Positions 7,230-15,244 of a DNA stretch of 64,000 nucleotides are shown piece after piece. A model generated the notes under the pieces. The model saw only the letters and a list, made by a program, of their open reading frames with translations. It had not been told where the DNA came from and did not search any database. The stretch lies in assembly GCA_016186915.1 (NCBI GenBank), contig JACPKU010000006.1:12488-76487 (forward strand), written 5' to 3'. Made by a program: the position numbers and the translations under genes. Each line of letters begins with the position of its first letter. Positions within the stretch are counted from its first letter, which is position 1. The stretch is from Candidatus Doudnabacteria bacterium (lineage in GTDB: Bacteria; Patescibacteriota; Doudnabacteria; UBA920; O2-02-FULL-48-8).

Positions 7230-10200
7230 ATGCTCAATAAAAAACAAACCAAGTTTATTACTAAAGGGTTTAAGATTCTAACCGGTGCAATATTCGTCCT
7301 GGCGGTTTTTGGATCTCTGGTTTCTCCGCAAGCTGCATCTTCAACCACTCTAACCATCCAAGGCGATCATTTTTTGTTAAACGGCCAGGCCAAGTTTTTG
7401 GTCTTGGCTGCTTATTTTGACGGCTTGGACGCGCCCAATGTGGGCGCGGATTTGGATTACCTCAAGTCCAAAGGAATTGACGGCGTGCGCGTGTTTCCAA
7501 ACTGGTGGGACACCACGACGCCGTTGATTTTTGGCAATACTTTAATGAACACGGACGGCAGTTTGGACGCGGGCAGATTAAATGATTTACGGAGTATCAT
7601 CAGCGCTGCCGACAGTCGAGGGATGGTAGTGGATGTGAGTTTTGCCCGCGAGACCGTGGATGGGCCGTGCAATACAGGTGGTAGAAATATGATGTGTGAA
7701 AATGAATACAAAAATGGTGTGGTCGCCACAGTGCAACAGTTGAGCAGTTACAGCAACGTGCTTTATGATTTGCAAAACGAATTTGACGGTGGCATTACGA
7801 ATTTATCCTCCAGTCACGTCTCGGATTTGAAAAATCGAGTGAGAGCCGCGGATTCGAGTGCGACGATTTCCGCCTCCACTGGCTCATATCCTGGCGCGGG
7901 CAGCGCGGCGGCAGGTTATACGAACCAATACGGGTTTGACTTTACCAATGTGCACAGCACGCACCTGACCAGCGCTTCTGGCGTGGCGGGCATGATCTCG
8001 CCGGCCCGTTCGGCAGGCAAGCCGGTTTATCTCGGCGAACCTTATCATTCCACTTTTATTTCCGGCGGCCAGGCGACGGCCTCCGAATTGTTAAATTTTG
8101 CCACGGAAACCAAAAGAACCGGAGCCGCGGCGTTTGTTTATCACACTCGCGCCGGCTTTATTCTGGACGGCTCGAGTTTCCAGGGGAATATGACCGCGGT
8201 GGAAACCAGCTTTCTTAACTCTCTCGCGAATTCTTTAAGTCAAACCACTTGGGGAGTCAATTTAATCAGCCCGCCGCCTCCACCGCCGCCTCCTGGTACT
8301 GATCCGACACCAAGCCCAACGGGTCGCGTAATTAGTTCGCTGAGCCCCACCACGGTTCAGCCGGGAGACACGATGACCATTGATGGTGTCAATCTTGACA
8401 GCACGGTTCAGATTTTCAACAGCAGCAATCTGAGAAGCACTTATGTTGGCCAGATCAATGCGTCTGAAACCCAGGTTACTTGGCTGATCCCTGCGGATTT
8501 AGCCAATGGTTCGTATAGGCTGCGGGTCGGGCCAAACCTGACTGATTATTCGAATTTAATGCCTTTCACAATCACAGGCAGCACTGTGCCACCACCGCCG
8601 CCTCCACCTCCACCACCACCGCCCATAGATTACAGTCCAGAGATACCAGATTGGGTTGACTGCAGCGCCATTCCGGAAGATCTGACCCTGTTATCAGAAT
8701 GGAATTTTTGGTGCGGGATTACGCCCCAGCCGCCACCACCGCCACCACCAGGCCAGGACCCAAGCAATCCTTTGAGCTTGCCCGGAAGTGGAGCTTATGG
8801 CATGAGTATGGCTTACAATCCGACTAACAATACTTTTTTGTATGTCAGCACTGAAGGAATCGGCACCCCGCCCAATGTCCAATCCCGGCTAATCGGCGCC
8901 ATTTTGGACGCTGACGACCTGGCTGTGATCGGTGGTAGTTTTCGGGTTGACCAAGGGGATGAATTCGCGGCCTCGCCCCAAGTGGTCTACAATCCTGACC
9001 AAGACCAGTTTTTGGTAGTGTGGGAGGATTCGCGCGCCGGCAATAACCGCCGGCACATTTACGGCCGGCTGTTTGGAGCAGACGGCAGTCCCTTGGGCAA
9101 TGACTTTGTGATTGTTGACTTGTTTGACGCGTTTTTGAACGATTTGATTTATGATGACGGCAATAAAAAATACGTGGTGCTGTTTGAAGCAGGCGAGCCG
9201 ATGTTTCGAACCGTGGATGCTTCCGGCAATTTAGGCCCCATAGTCAAAGTCGTACCGCAATTAACAGAGTACCAAGGACAAGGCAATTTTACTTACAATT
9301 CTAATTTGAATGAGTATTGGACCGTGTATGTGGCAGGAGTCAGCGGTTCTGACACGCAAGAGGAAGACGACCGGATAATGCTGATGAGGACTGACGCTAC
9401 CACGTTACAGCCTGTCGGTCAGCCAGTTCAATTAAGCGCCACCAGGCCAGCCAGAAACGGTTTTGCCGAACCAAAAATCGCGTATAGCAAGTATGACGGC
9501 GCGGCCATGACGGTTTGGCTGGAACGCGGCCGGCCTGGTGAGGGCGCAGGAGTCTATGGCCGGACAGTGTATGATGATTTAAGTTTATCAGGGGAATTTC
9601 CAGTGATTACGCCTGTTACTTCTCCCTACTCTGACCAATACGGCGCCCCGCAGCTTAATTACAATCCTTACACCGGCTTGTTTTCAGTCAGCACGCTGGA
9701 TAATAACGGCGGGACCATGCTGACGGAACTGCTGGTTGACGGGACTGTTTTAGGAGAAGATCAGGTAATCGGACCTACTGGGTCGCTGGGCAATTTCAAT
9801 CCGAACAGCTATGTTGGTCCGCAAGGGACGATTGTGGCAGCCTCCACGGATTTCGCCTCCACCAGTGCGACGATGAACCGAAGTCTGTTTGCCAACTTAG
9901 GCCCGGAAAGCCAGGGCGGGAGCGGCACGGTTTATCCGCCGGGAACCCCGCCAACTCCCGTGGACACCACGGTTTTGGGCAAACTGATCAGCCAGATTTA
10001 TCTCTGGTCGCTGGGAGTCTCGGCTTTGCTGGCCATGTTGATGATGGTGCTTGGCGGATATCTGGTTATGACTGCGGCGGGTAATGCTGAGCAATCTAGC
10101 AAAGGCAAAGAATTCATCTGGTCCGCAATAATTGGCATGGGGTTGTTGTTTGCTTCTTACCTAATATTAAACACAATCAACCCGGATCTGGTCAACTTTG

Positions 10201-10232
10201 ATCTGACCTCGATTAATCGGTTGGACGGGTAG
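7230..10232 (+). CDS. Large secreted protein: GH-A-clan TIM-barrel glycoside hydrolase, Pro linker, Ig/IPT domain, beta-rich region and C-terminal TrbC/VirB2-type pilin
   Basis: Signal peptide; GIDGVRVF, YDLQNE and KPVYLGE; ISSLSPTTVQPGDTMTIDG; C-terminal GGYLVMTAAGNAEQSSKGKEFIWSAIIG...LILNTINPDL. Confidence 0.8.
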   Translation: MLNKKQTKFITKGFKILTGAIFVLAVFGSLVSPQAASSTTLTIQGDHFLLNGQAKFLVLAAYFDGLDAPNVGADLDYLKSKGIDGVRVFPNWWDTTTPLIFGNTLMNTDGSLDAGRLNDLRSIISAADSRGMVVDVSFARETVDGPCNTGGRNMMCENEYKNGVVATVQQLSSYSNVLYDLQNEFDGGITNLSSSHVSDLKNRVRAADSSATISASTGSYPGAGSAAAGYTNQYGFDFTNVHSTHLTSASGVAGMISPARSAGKPVYLGEPYHSTFISGGQATASELLNFATETKRTGAAAFVYHTRAGFILDGSSFQGNMTAVETSFLNSLANSLSQTTWGVNLISPPPPPPPPGTDPTPSPTGRVISSLSPTTVQPGDTMTIDGVNLDSTVQIFNSSNLRSTYVGQINASETQVTWLIPADLANGSYRLRVGPNLTDYSNLMPFTITGSTVPPPPPPPPPPPPIDYSPEIPDWVDCSAIPEDLTLLSEWNFWCGITPQPPPPPPPGQDPSNPLSLPGSGAYGMSMAYNPTNNTFLYVSTEGIGTPPNVQSRLIGAILDADDLAVIGGSFRVDQGDEFAASPQVVYNPDQDQFLVVWEDSRAGNNRRHIYGRLFGADGSPLGNDFVIVDLFDAFLNDLIYDDGNKKYVVLFEAGEPMFRTVDASGNLGPIVKVVPQLTEYQGQGNFTYNSNLNEYWTVYVAGVSGSDTQEEDDRIMLMRTDATTLQPVGQPVQLSATRPARNGFAEPKIAYSKYDGAAMTVWLERGRPGEGAGVYGRTVYDDLSLSGEFPVITPVTSPYSDQYGAPQLNYNPYTGLFSVSTLDNNGGTMLTELLVDGTVLGEDQVIGPTGSLGNFNPNSYVGPQGTIVAASTDFASTSATMNRSLFANLGPESQGGSGTVYPPGTPPTPVDTTVLGKLISQIYLWSLGVSALLAMLMMVLGGYLVMTAAGNAEQSSKGKEFIWSAIIGMGLLFASYLILNTINPDLVNFDLTSINRLDG

Positions 10233-12125
10233 TTAATAGGTTATTTTTAAAAGCTGATTTTGATCGAGGAGATAGAGACTGCGCTCTGTTTCGTCGATAT
10301 ACATGTCAGTGAGATCAGAACTGTTCGGGAAATAGATTTGATTGACAAGTTGACCTTGTTTGTTGAAAATTATCAATCTTTGCTTGGCTGGTTCTAAAAT
10401 ATATATTTCCGTGCCGATAAAAATCCTGCTTGCTTGGGTCATTGGATCAGTCAGAACTGCAAGCTCAAATGTTTGCTCTATGCCGCGCGAGAATTTTGAA
10501 AGCCTGTCAGGAAAAAGAACATAAACATCATTATCCACGCCGACATCCACGGCGCCCGACAAATCAGCCGCAGTGGTTAGGAACGGCTGAGAGGAGGCGT
10601 TGCCCCCGGCATCAAACGCCAATCTGAAAATTTGATTGGTGTTTTTGTCAATGACGTAGACGCGGTTGGGAGGGAGAAAAGCAAGTCCCAGCAGGTTCGA
10701 CCCGGCAAAGTCCCGGACCAAATCAAACTGGTTTAAGGATTCATTGATGCGGTAGAGTTGGTTTTCACTAATTACATAGTTGCCCAAATTTTCAACGTGG
10801 GCCAAGCCTTTGATATCAGTGCTGGTTGTGTTGAGCATGAACAAACTGTCTAGATTTTCGCTGTAGGTTAGGACGGTCTGTGTGCTTGAATTGGCGAATA
10901 TAAACCCTGATCCCGCGCGCGCAAATATGTCCGGATTTTGATCAAACGCCAGGAAGATTTCCGGGCTGTCAACCGTGCTGACTCGGTTAACCTTGTTATA
11001 TAAATCCGTTAAAAGTTGGTGGTAGGCAGAAGCTTGCTTATCGTCAAGTTTTTCTAATTTCGTAAATTCTAGCTGCGCTTTGTTTAACAGTTCAAAGGCC
11101 TGATCTTGGTTATTATAGAGCAGGGAAGATTCGGTTTCATTAATTTTCTCCACCAACACATTGATTTGGTTATCTATTGCCATGGCGTGTCGGGAGTTGG
11201 CTGATCTGATTCCGGTAACGATCAGGTTAAGTGCAAGCAAGACGACAAATAAAATGAAACTGATAAAAAAGAATTTTCCTGACGTTGATAAATTACCATA
11301 TGATTTAAAACGGGGGATTTTTATCGAGACAAAAAGTCGTTTGAATCTGCTAATCAGATTTCCCGGAAATGACCAAGGTTTTTTTTCAGTTTCGGCGGCT
11401 GTCACATCTTCGGGCAAAGGAGCATAAATCTCTTCTTCTGTCCCATAAGTGACAGTCTTGCCCAAGCTTTTTCCAAAGCGGAGCATAAAAGCGGCATATC
11501 CTTCGTCAGGTTCGGCAGAGTCCTGTAAAATTTTGGAAATCTTCAGGCAAGCATCGTCTGGCGGTGTATTTGTAAGTATTTGTTTGAATAATTCAAACGA
11601 TACGTAATTAAATACGTTCGTCGTGGTTAGAATCAAATCATCGCCTTCTTTAATTTTGCCCTGCATAAAATTTTGGAATATTTTAAGAGGGTGAGTGCTG
11701 GCTTCTTCGGCAGGCAGAAGCTCAAGAAGTTCTGAGTTTCTTCCGAGCCAAGCTCCCACCTGTCCCGTATTTGTCAAATAAATCTGATCGGAATACTTAA
11801 GAGCTAGGCAGCAAGAAAATTTTCCCAGCCAGCCCCTTCGGCCCTTGTGGGCGGTATCAGCAAGCTCTTCGTTGATCTGGGCCAGCGAAGTCTCAAATAA
11901 TGCATCGGCAGTAAGTTTTTTGTTTGCCTTTAATGTTCGGAGCACAATTTCAGAAATTTTTTTTAAATCAGAGGCTTCGGTTTTTTTTTGGATTTTTTGC
12001 AGCTGCGCCAACAAGAAAACTTGTGTGGTGGCATTTAGCTTCTCATCATACAGAATTATTGAGCTTTTTTTAGCCTCAAGTCCGGATAGATAAATTTGAT
12101 TGATTTGTGTTTCTAACTTGGCCAT
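10233..12125 (-). CDS. Membrane protein with degenerate PP2C-like N-domain and extracellular NHL-like beta-propeller
   Basis: IYLTNTG, GDDLILTT, central TM, VYVIDKNTNQI and IYILEPAKQRL blades. Confidence 0.65.
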   Translation of the reverse strand: MAKLETQINQIYLSGLEAKKSSIILYDEKLNATTQVFLLAQLQKIQKKTEASDLKKISEIVLRTLKANKKLTADALFETSLAQINEELADTAHKGRRGWLGKFSCCLALKYSDQIYLTNTGQVGAWLGRNSELLELLPAEEASTHPLKIFQNFMQGKIKEGDDLILTTTNVFNYVSFELFKQILTNTPPDDACLKISKILQDSAEPDEGYAAFMLRFGKSLGKTVTYGTEEEIYAPLPEDVTAAETEKKPWSFPGNLISRFKRLFVSIKIPRFKSYGNLSTSGKFFFISFILFVVLLALNLIVTGIRSANSRHAMAIDNQINVLVEKINETESSLLYNNQDQAFELLNKAQLEFTKLEKLDDKQASAYHQLLTDLYNKVNRVSTVDSPEIFLAFDQNPDIFARAGSGFIFANSSTQTVLTYSENLDSLFMLNTTSTDIKGLAHVENLGNYVISENQLYRINESLNQFDLVRDFAGSNLLGLAFLPPNRVYVIDKNTNQIFRLAFDAGGNASSQPFLTTAADLSGAVDVGVDNDVYVLFPDRLSKFSRGIEQTFELAVLTDPMTQASRIFIGTEIYILEPAKQRLIIFNKQGQLVNQIYFPNSSDLTDMYIDETERSLYLLDQNQLLKITY

Positions 12126-12180
12126 AATCTGTTATATAATAACATATTTAAAAGGTTATTAATATGCTATACTACCTGAT

Positions 12181-12756
12181 ATGTTAGCAGAATTTCTATC
12201 ATCCAAGCAGAAAAGCAAGCTGGTCAATTTATTCCTCTCCAGTCCCAAGCGCAGTTTCTCATACACCGAATTGCGCCAGACCACCAAGTGTCCCAGCAAG
12301 CTTCTGCATCAAACAATTAAAGAGCTTACTAAGCTTGAATTTTTACTGTCGTTCCAAAAAGGCAGACATAAATTTTTTCAGATCAACAAGCACTTCGCCC
12401 TTTATCCGGAATTGATCGGTTTGATCAAGAAGCAGAAACAAATACCGAAAGATTTGCTGGTTAAGCAGGCGAGCAAGATAGGGGACTGTAAATTTGCGGC
12501 GCTTACCGGCGTGTTTGCCGGCCGGCCCAGGATGGAAACTGATGTTTTGTTCGTGGGCAAAGTCAGTCCGATGAGATTAAAAAGGTTTTTGAAATTGGCG
12601 GAGAAGTTTGCCGAGGGAGATGTGGGCTATACCATTTTTAGCTCCCAGGAGTTTGAGTATCGCAAAATTATGAATGACAGATTTATCAAAAATATCCTGG
12701 AAAACAACCCGGTGATTGTTGTGGACAAGACTAGCAAAAAAAAATCTAGAAAATAA
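12181..12756 (+). CDS. Winged-HTH plus minimal nucleotidyltransferase-like protein
   Basis: N-terminal wHTH (KLVNLFL...ELTKL), C-terminal LTGVFAG...TDVLFVG. Confidence 0.7.
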   Translation: MLAEFLSSKQKSKLVNLFLSSPKRSFSYTELRQTTKCPSKLLHQTIKELTKLEFLLSFQKGRHKFFQINKHFALYPELIGLIKKQKQIPKDLLVKQASKIGDCKFAALTGVFAGRPRMETDVLFVGKVSPMRLKRFLKLAEKFAEGDVGYTIFSSQEFEYRKIMNDRFIKNILENNPVIVVDKTSKKKSRK

Positions 12757-12766
12757 AACTGTATTT

Positions 12767-13003
12767 ATGGACCAGATTTTTGATATTTACCAGCAATTCC
12801 TAAATTTTTTTCCAGACAACCTGCACGGGTTTGTTTCTCTTGGGTTGGCGATTTTGATCGTGCTTGCCATTTACAAAATCCTCAAAAGAAATTTTATTTT
12901 TATTATTTTATTAATCGTCTTGTTGCCGGCGTCCATTCCTATTTTATCAAACCTTTGGGAAAGCTTGGTGAATTTGTTGAAATTTCTATTGACTAAAAGC
13001 TAG
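12767..13003 (+). CDS. Small hypothetical membrane protein
   Basis: Two hydrophobic helices; ATG at 12767. Confidence 0.65.
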   Translation: MDQIFDIYQQFLNFFPDNLHGFVSLGLAILIVLAIYKILKRNFIFIILLIVLLPASIPILSNLWESLVNLLKFLLTKS

Positions 13004-13017
13004 AAATTATTTATAAT
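12989..13017 (+). promoter_or_regulatory. Sigma70-type promoter for the 34-aa small ORF
   Basis: TTGACT-17 bp-TATAAT. Confidence 0.7.
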
Positions 13018-13071
13018 GTTTAAGAAGTATTAATATCCCATCAAATTTTGGGATAAGAAAGTTGAGATAAC

Positions 13072-13176
13072 ATGCTACAAGATCCAAACATGCCAGCAGG
13101 TGGTGACGCAGCAGGCGATGGTGCAGCAGCACCTGAGGGAGGAACACCAGCTGGTGGCTCAGAAGAGTCGCAATAA
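13072..13176 (+). CDS. 34-aa acidic Gly/Ala/Pro-rich small protein (absent from ORF track)
   Basis: Hand translation MLQDPNMPAGGDAAGDGAAAPEGGTPAGGSEESQ; own promoter and terminator. Confidence 0.65.
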   Translation: MLQDPNMPAGGDAAGDGAAAPEGGTPAGGSEESQ

Positions 13177-13192
13177 AGAAAATAGTACGTTT

Positions 13193-13226
13193 AAATCACC
13201 CCGCAAGTTTGCGGGGTGATTTTTTT
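13193..13226 (+). terminator. Intrinsic terminator
   Basis: AAATCACCCCGCAA-GT-TTGCGGGGTGATTT followed by T tract. Confidence 0.85.
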
Positions 13227-13355
13227 GTTTTTGTCTTGTGTGGACAGAAAAATTTTACAGTTGACTGTTTATCCTGTTTTTGTTGTATTTAAGTGATTTT
13301 TTTAGGTTTTGACTCGGGGTTTAAGGAGGAATATAATTGAATAGAAATGGGTTTC

Positions 13356-13396
13356 TGTGGATAATTGTGGGGATATGTGGGAGTAAATGTGGATAA
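13356..13396 (+). promoter_or_regulatory. MraZ-box-like TGTGG repeats upstream of mraZ
   Basis: TGTGG at 13356, 13366, 13376 and 13388 (10-12 bp spacing), as in dcw promoters. Confidence 0.7.
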
Positions 13397-13412
13397 CATA
13401 AATAAAACACTA

Positions 13413-13844
13413 ATGTTTATAGGTGAACATAGTTTGAGTATGGACGTGAAGGGACGAATAGCAGTACCAGTTAAGTTCCGGCCAATGCTGAATAATGGCA
13501 TAGTGATTACCCGAGGGCTTGATAAAAGCTTGTTTGTGTACACCAAGCCAGAGTGGGGAAAGTTAGCGGAAAAATTGTCACAGCTGCCTTTAGCCACAGC
13601 CAACTCCCGAGCATTTGCCAGATTGATGTTGGCAGGCGCTTGGGATGCGGAAATGGACAAGCAAGGGCGGGTTATTATCCCTGATTATCTCCGCAAGTTT
13701 GCCTCACTTGCCAAAAAAGTAATAATGGCAGGCCTCTATAACCGGATTGAGATTTGGGACCAGGAAGCATGGGAAGCCTACAAATTAGGAACCGAGCGTG
13801 AAAGCACGGCAATAGCCGAAGCCTTGGGTGAATTGGGCGTCTGA
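13413..13844 (+). CDS. mraZ: Division/cell-wall cluster transcriptional repressor MraZ
   Basis: MFIGEH...DVKGRIAVP, DKQGRVIIP. Confidence 0.97.
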   Translation: MFIGEHSLSMDVKGRIAVPVKFRPMLNNGIVITRGLDKSLFVYTKPEWGKLAEKLSQLPLATANSRAFARLMLAGAWDAEMDKQGRVIIPDYLRKFASLAKKVIMAGLYNRIEIWDQEAWEAYKLGTERESTAIAEALGELGV

Positions 13845-14776
13845 TGTATCATATCCCGGTATTATTGGATGAAGTGGTTAAGCAAATTTTGGCAACCAGT
13901 CCTGGGAACGTGGTTGACGGGACAGTTGGAGGAGGCGGTTACCTAAAAGCGGTTCTTGATAAAAATAAGCAGGCGAAAGTTTTGGGGATTGATCTGGATC
14001 AGGATGCTTTGCACAAACTCGAACAAGAGCTTGCCCAAAGCAATTTGAACCAGAGAGCAGAGTTGGTGCATGGCAATTATTCTGACCTTAAAGAAATTGT
14101 CAGAAAGTTCGGTTTTACTCCTGTCCGCGCCGTAGTGTTGGATTTAGGATTTTCTTCTCTGCAGCTTGACGATCCACAGCGAGGATTCAGTTTCCAGTCA
14201 ACCGGGCCCCTGGACATGCGATTTGACCGATTCCAGAAACTCACTGCTGAGCTGGTGGTTAACAACTACCCCCAAAGACAGTTAGAAGAGATTTTTAGAA
14301 TTTACGGGGAAGAGAAATTTGCGCGGGCAATCGCCAAGCAAATTGTAAGGGTTCGCGAAATACAAAAGATACAGACCACGGCTCAACTATCTGAGAACAT
14401 TCAGCAAGCCCTACCCGCAAGAATCCGGCATAAGTCCTCTGACAGCGCCCGAAGAATATTCCAGGCAATCAGGATTGAGGTGAATAAAGAACTGGATAAT
14501 CTGAGAAAATTTTTGACTGCTGCGGTTGAAATTTTAGATCCGGGGGGCCGGATACTGATAGTTTCGTTTCACTCTTTGGAAGATCGGATAGTCAAGGAGT
14601 TTTTTAAGAAGGGGGCCCAAGCGTGTACCTGTCCCCCAGAGTTTCCGGAATGTGTTTGCGGCAAAAGAGCCGAGCTTAAAATAATCACTAAAAAACCGAT
14701 TAGAGCGGACCAATCAGAGATTGAGAAAAATCCCCGAAGCCGGCCAGCGAAGTTGAGGGTAGCGGAAAAAATTTAG
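13844..14776 (+). CDS. rsmH: 16S rRNA m4C1402 methyltransferase RsmH
   Basis: HIPVLL, DLGFSS.QLD, PLDMR, FQAIRIEVN, SFHSLEDRIVK. Confidence 0.97.
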   Translation: MYHIPVLLDEVVKQILATSPGNVVDGTVGGGGYLKAVLDKNKQAKVLGIDLDQDALHKLEQELAQSNLNQRAELVHGNYSDLKEIVRKFGFTPVRAVVLDLGFSSLQLDDPQRGFSFQSTGPLDMRFDRFQKLTAELVVNNYPQRQLEEIFRIYGEEKFARAIAKQIVRVREIQKIQTTAQLSENIQQALPARIRHKSSDSARRIFQAIRIEVNKELDNLRKFLTAAVEILDPGGRILIVSFHSLEDRIVKEFFKKGAQACTCPPEFPECVCGKRAELKIITKKPIRADQSEIEKNPRSRPAKLRVAEKI

Positions 14777-14889
14777 CCCGTTAGAAATTTGATAGACCAA
14801 AATTAATCTATAAATATTAAAAATTAGCTCGGAAGTATTTAACGATGTCGCATTATTATTCACTCTGCGTTAGTTATTTCTAACGGGCT
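14775..14889. mobile_element. MITE-like element with 14-bp terminal inverted repeats
   Basis: AGCCCGTTAGAAAT ... ATTTCTAACGGGCT around an AT-rich non-coding core, between rsmH and ftsL. Confidence 0.6.
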
Positions 14890-14902
14890 GTAGGCGGCAA
14901 GA

Positions 14903-15238
14903 ATGTTCAATTTGGCTGCGGTAATCCCGCAAATTACAACAAAACAAAAACCAAAAACTAATATTTCTGTGCTGTATTTGAACTCAGCGATTTTAGTTTT
15001 TATTGTGGTTCTGGGGCTGGCTTATTTGATTCAGCTTAATGCGCTCTCAACCAAGGGGTATGAGATAAGACAACAGCAGGAGGCAATCTCCGGGCTTTCA
15101 ACCGAATACAAACATCTGGAGATGCAAGTTTCAAACATGCAATCAATCAATAGAATTAAGCAGGAAGCGGCCAAATTAAATTTTGTCCCGACTTCGGGTG
15201 TTACTTATATCAATGTTTCTGATTTTGTGTTAAAATAG
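14903..15238 (+). CDS. ftsL: FtsL-like cell division protein
   Basis: Single TM plus coiled coil, between rsmH and the class B PBP. Confidence 0.75.
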   Translation: MFNLAAVIPQITTKQKPKTNISVLYLNSAILVFIVVLGLAYLIQLNALSTKGYEIRQQQEAISGLSTEYKHLEMQVSNMQSINRIKQEAAKLNFVPTSGVTYINVSDFVLK

Positions 15239-15244
15239 AAAACC

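Noticed and set aside
8271-8750. CCG/CCA-rich tracts as DNA-level repeats or contingency loci
   Set aside because: They encode poly-proline linkers with mixed codons, so selection is at the protein level.
13356-13396. Two perfect DnaA boxes (TGTGGATAA) suggesting oriC
   Set aside because: They are part of the ~10-bp-spaced TGTGG series expected for MraZ binding upstream of mraZ, and dnaA/dnaN are not nearby. DnaA co-regulation is not excluded.
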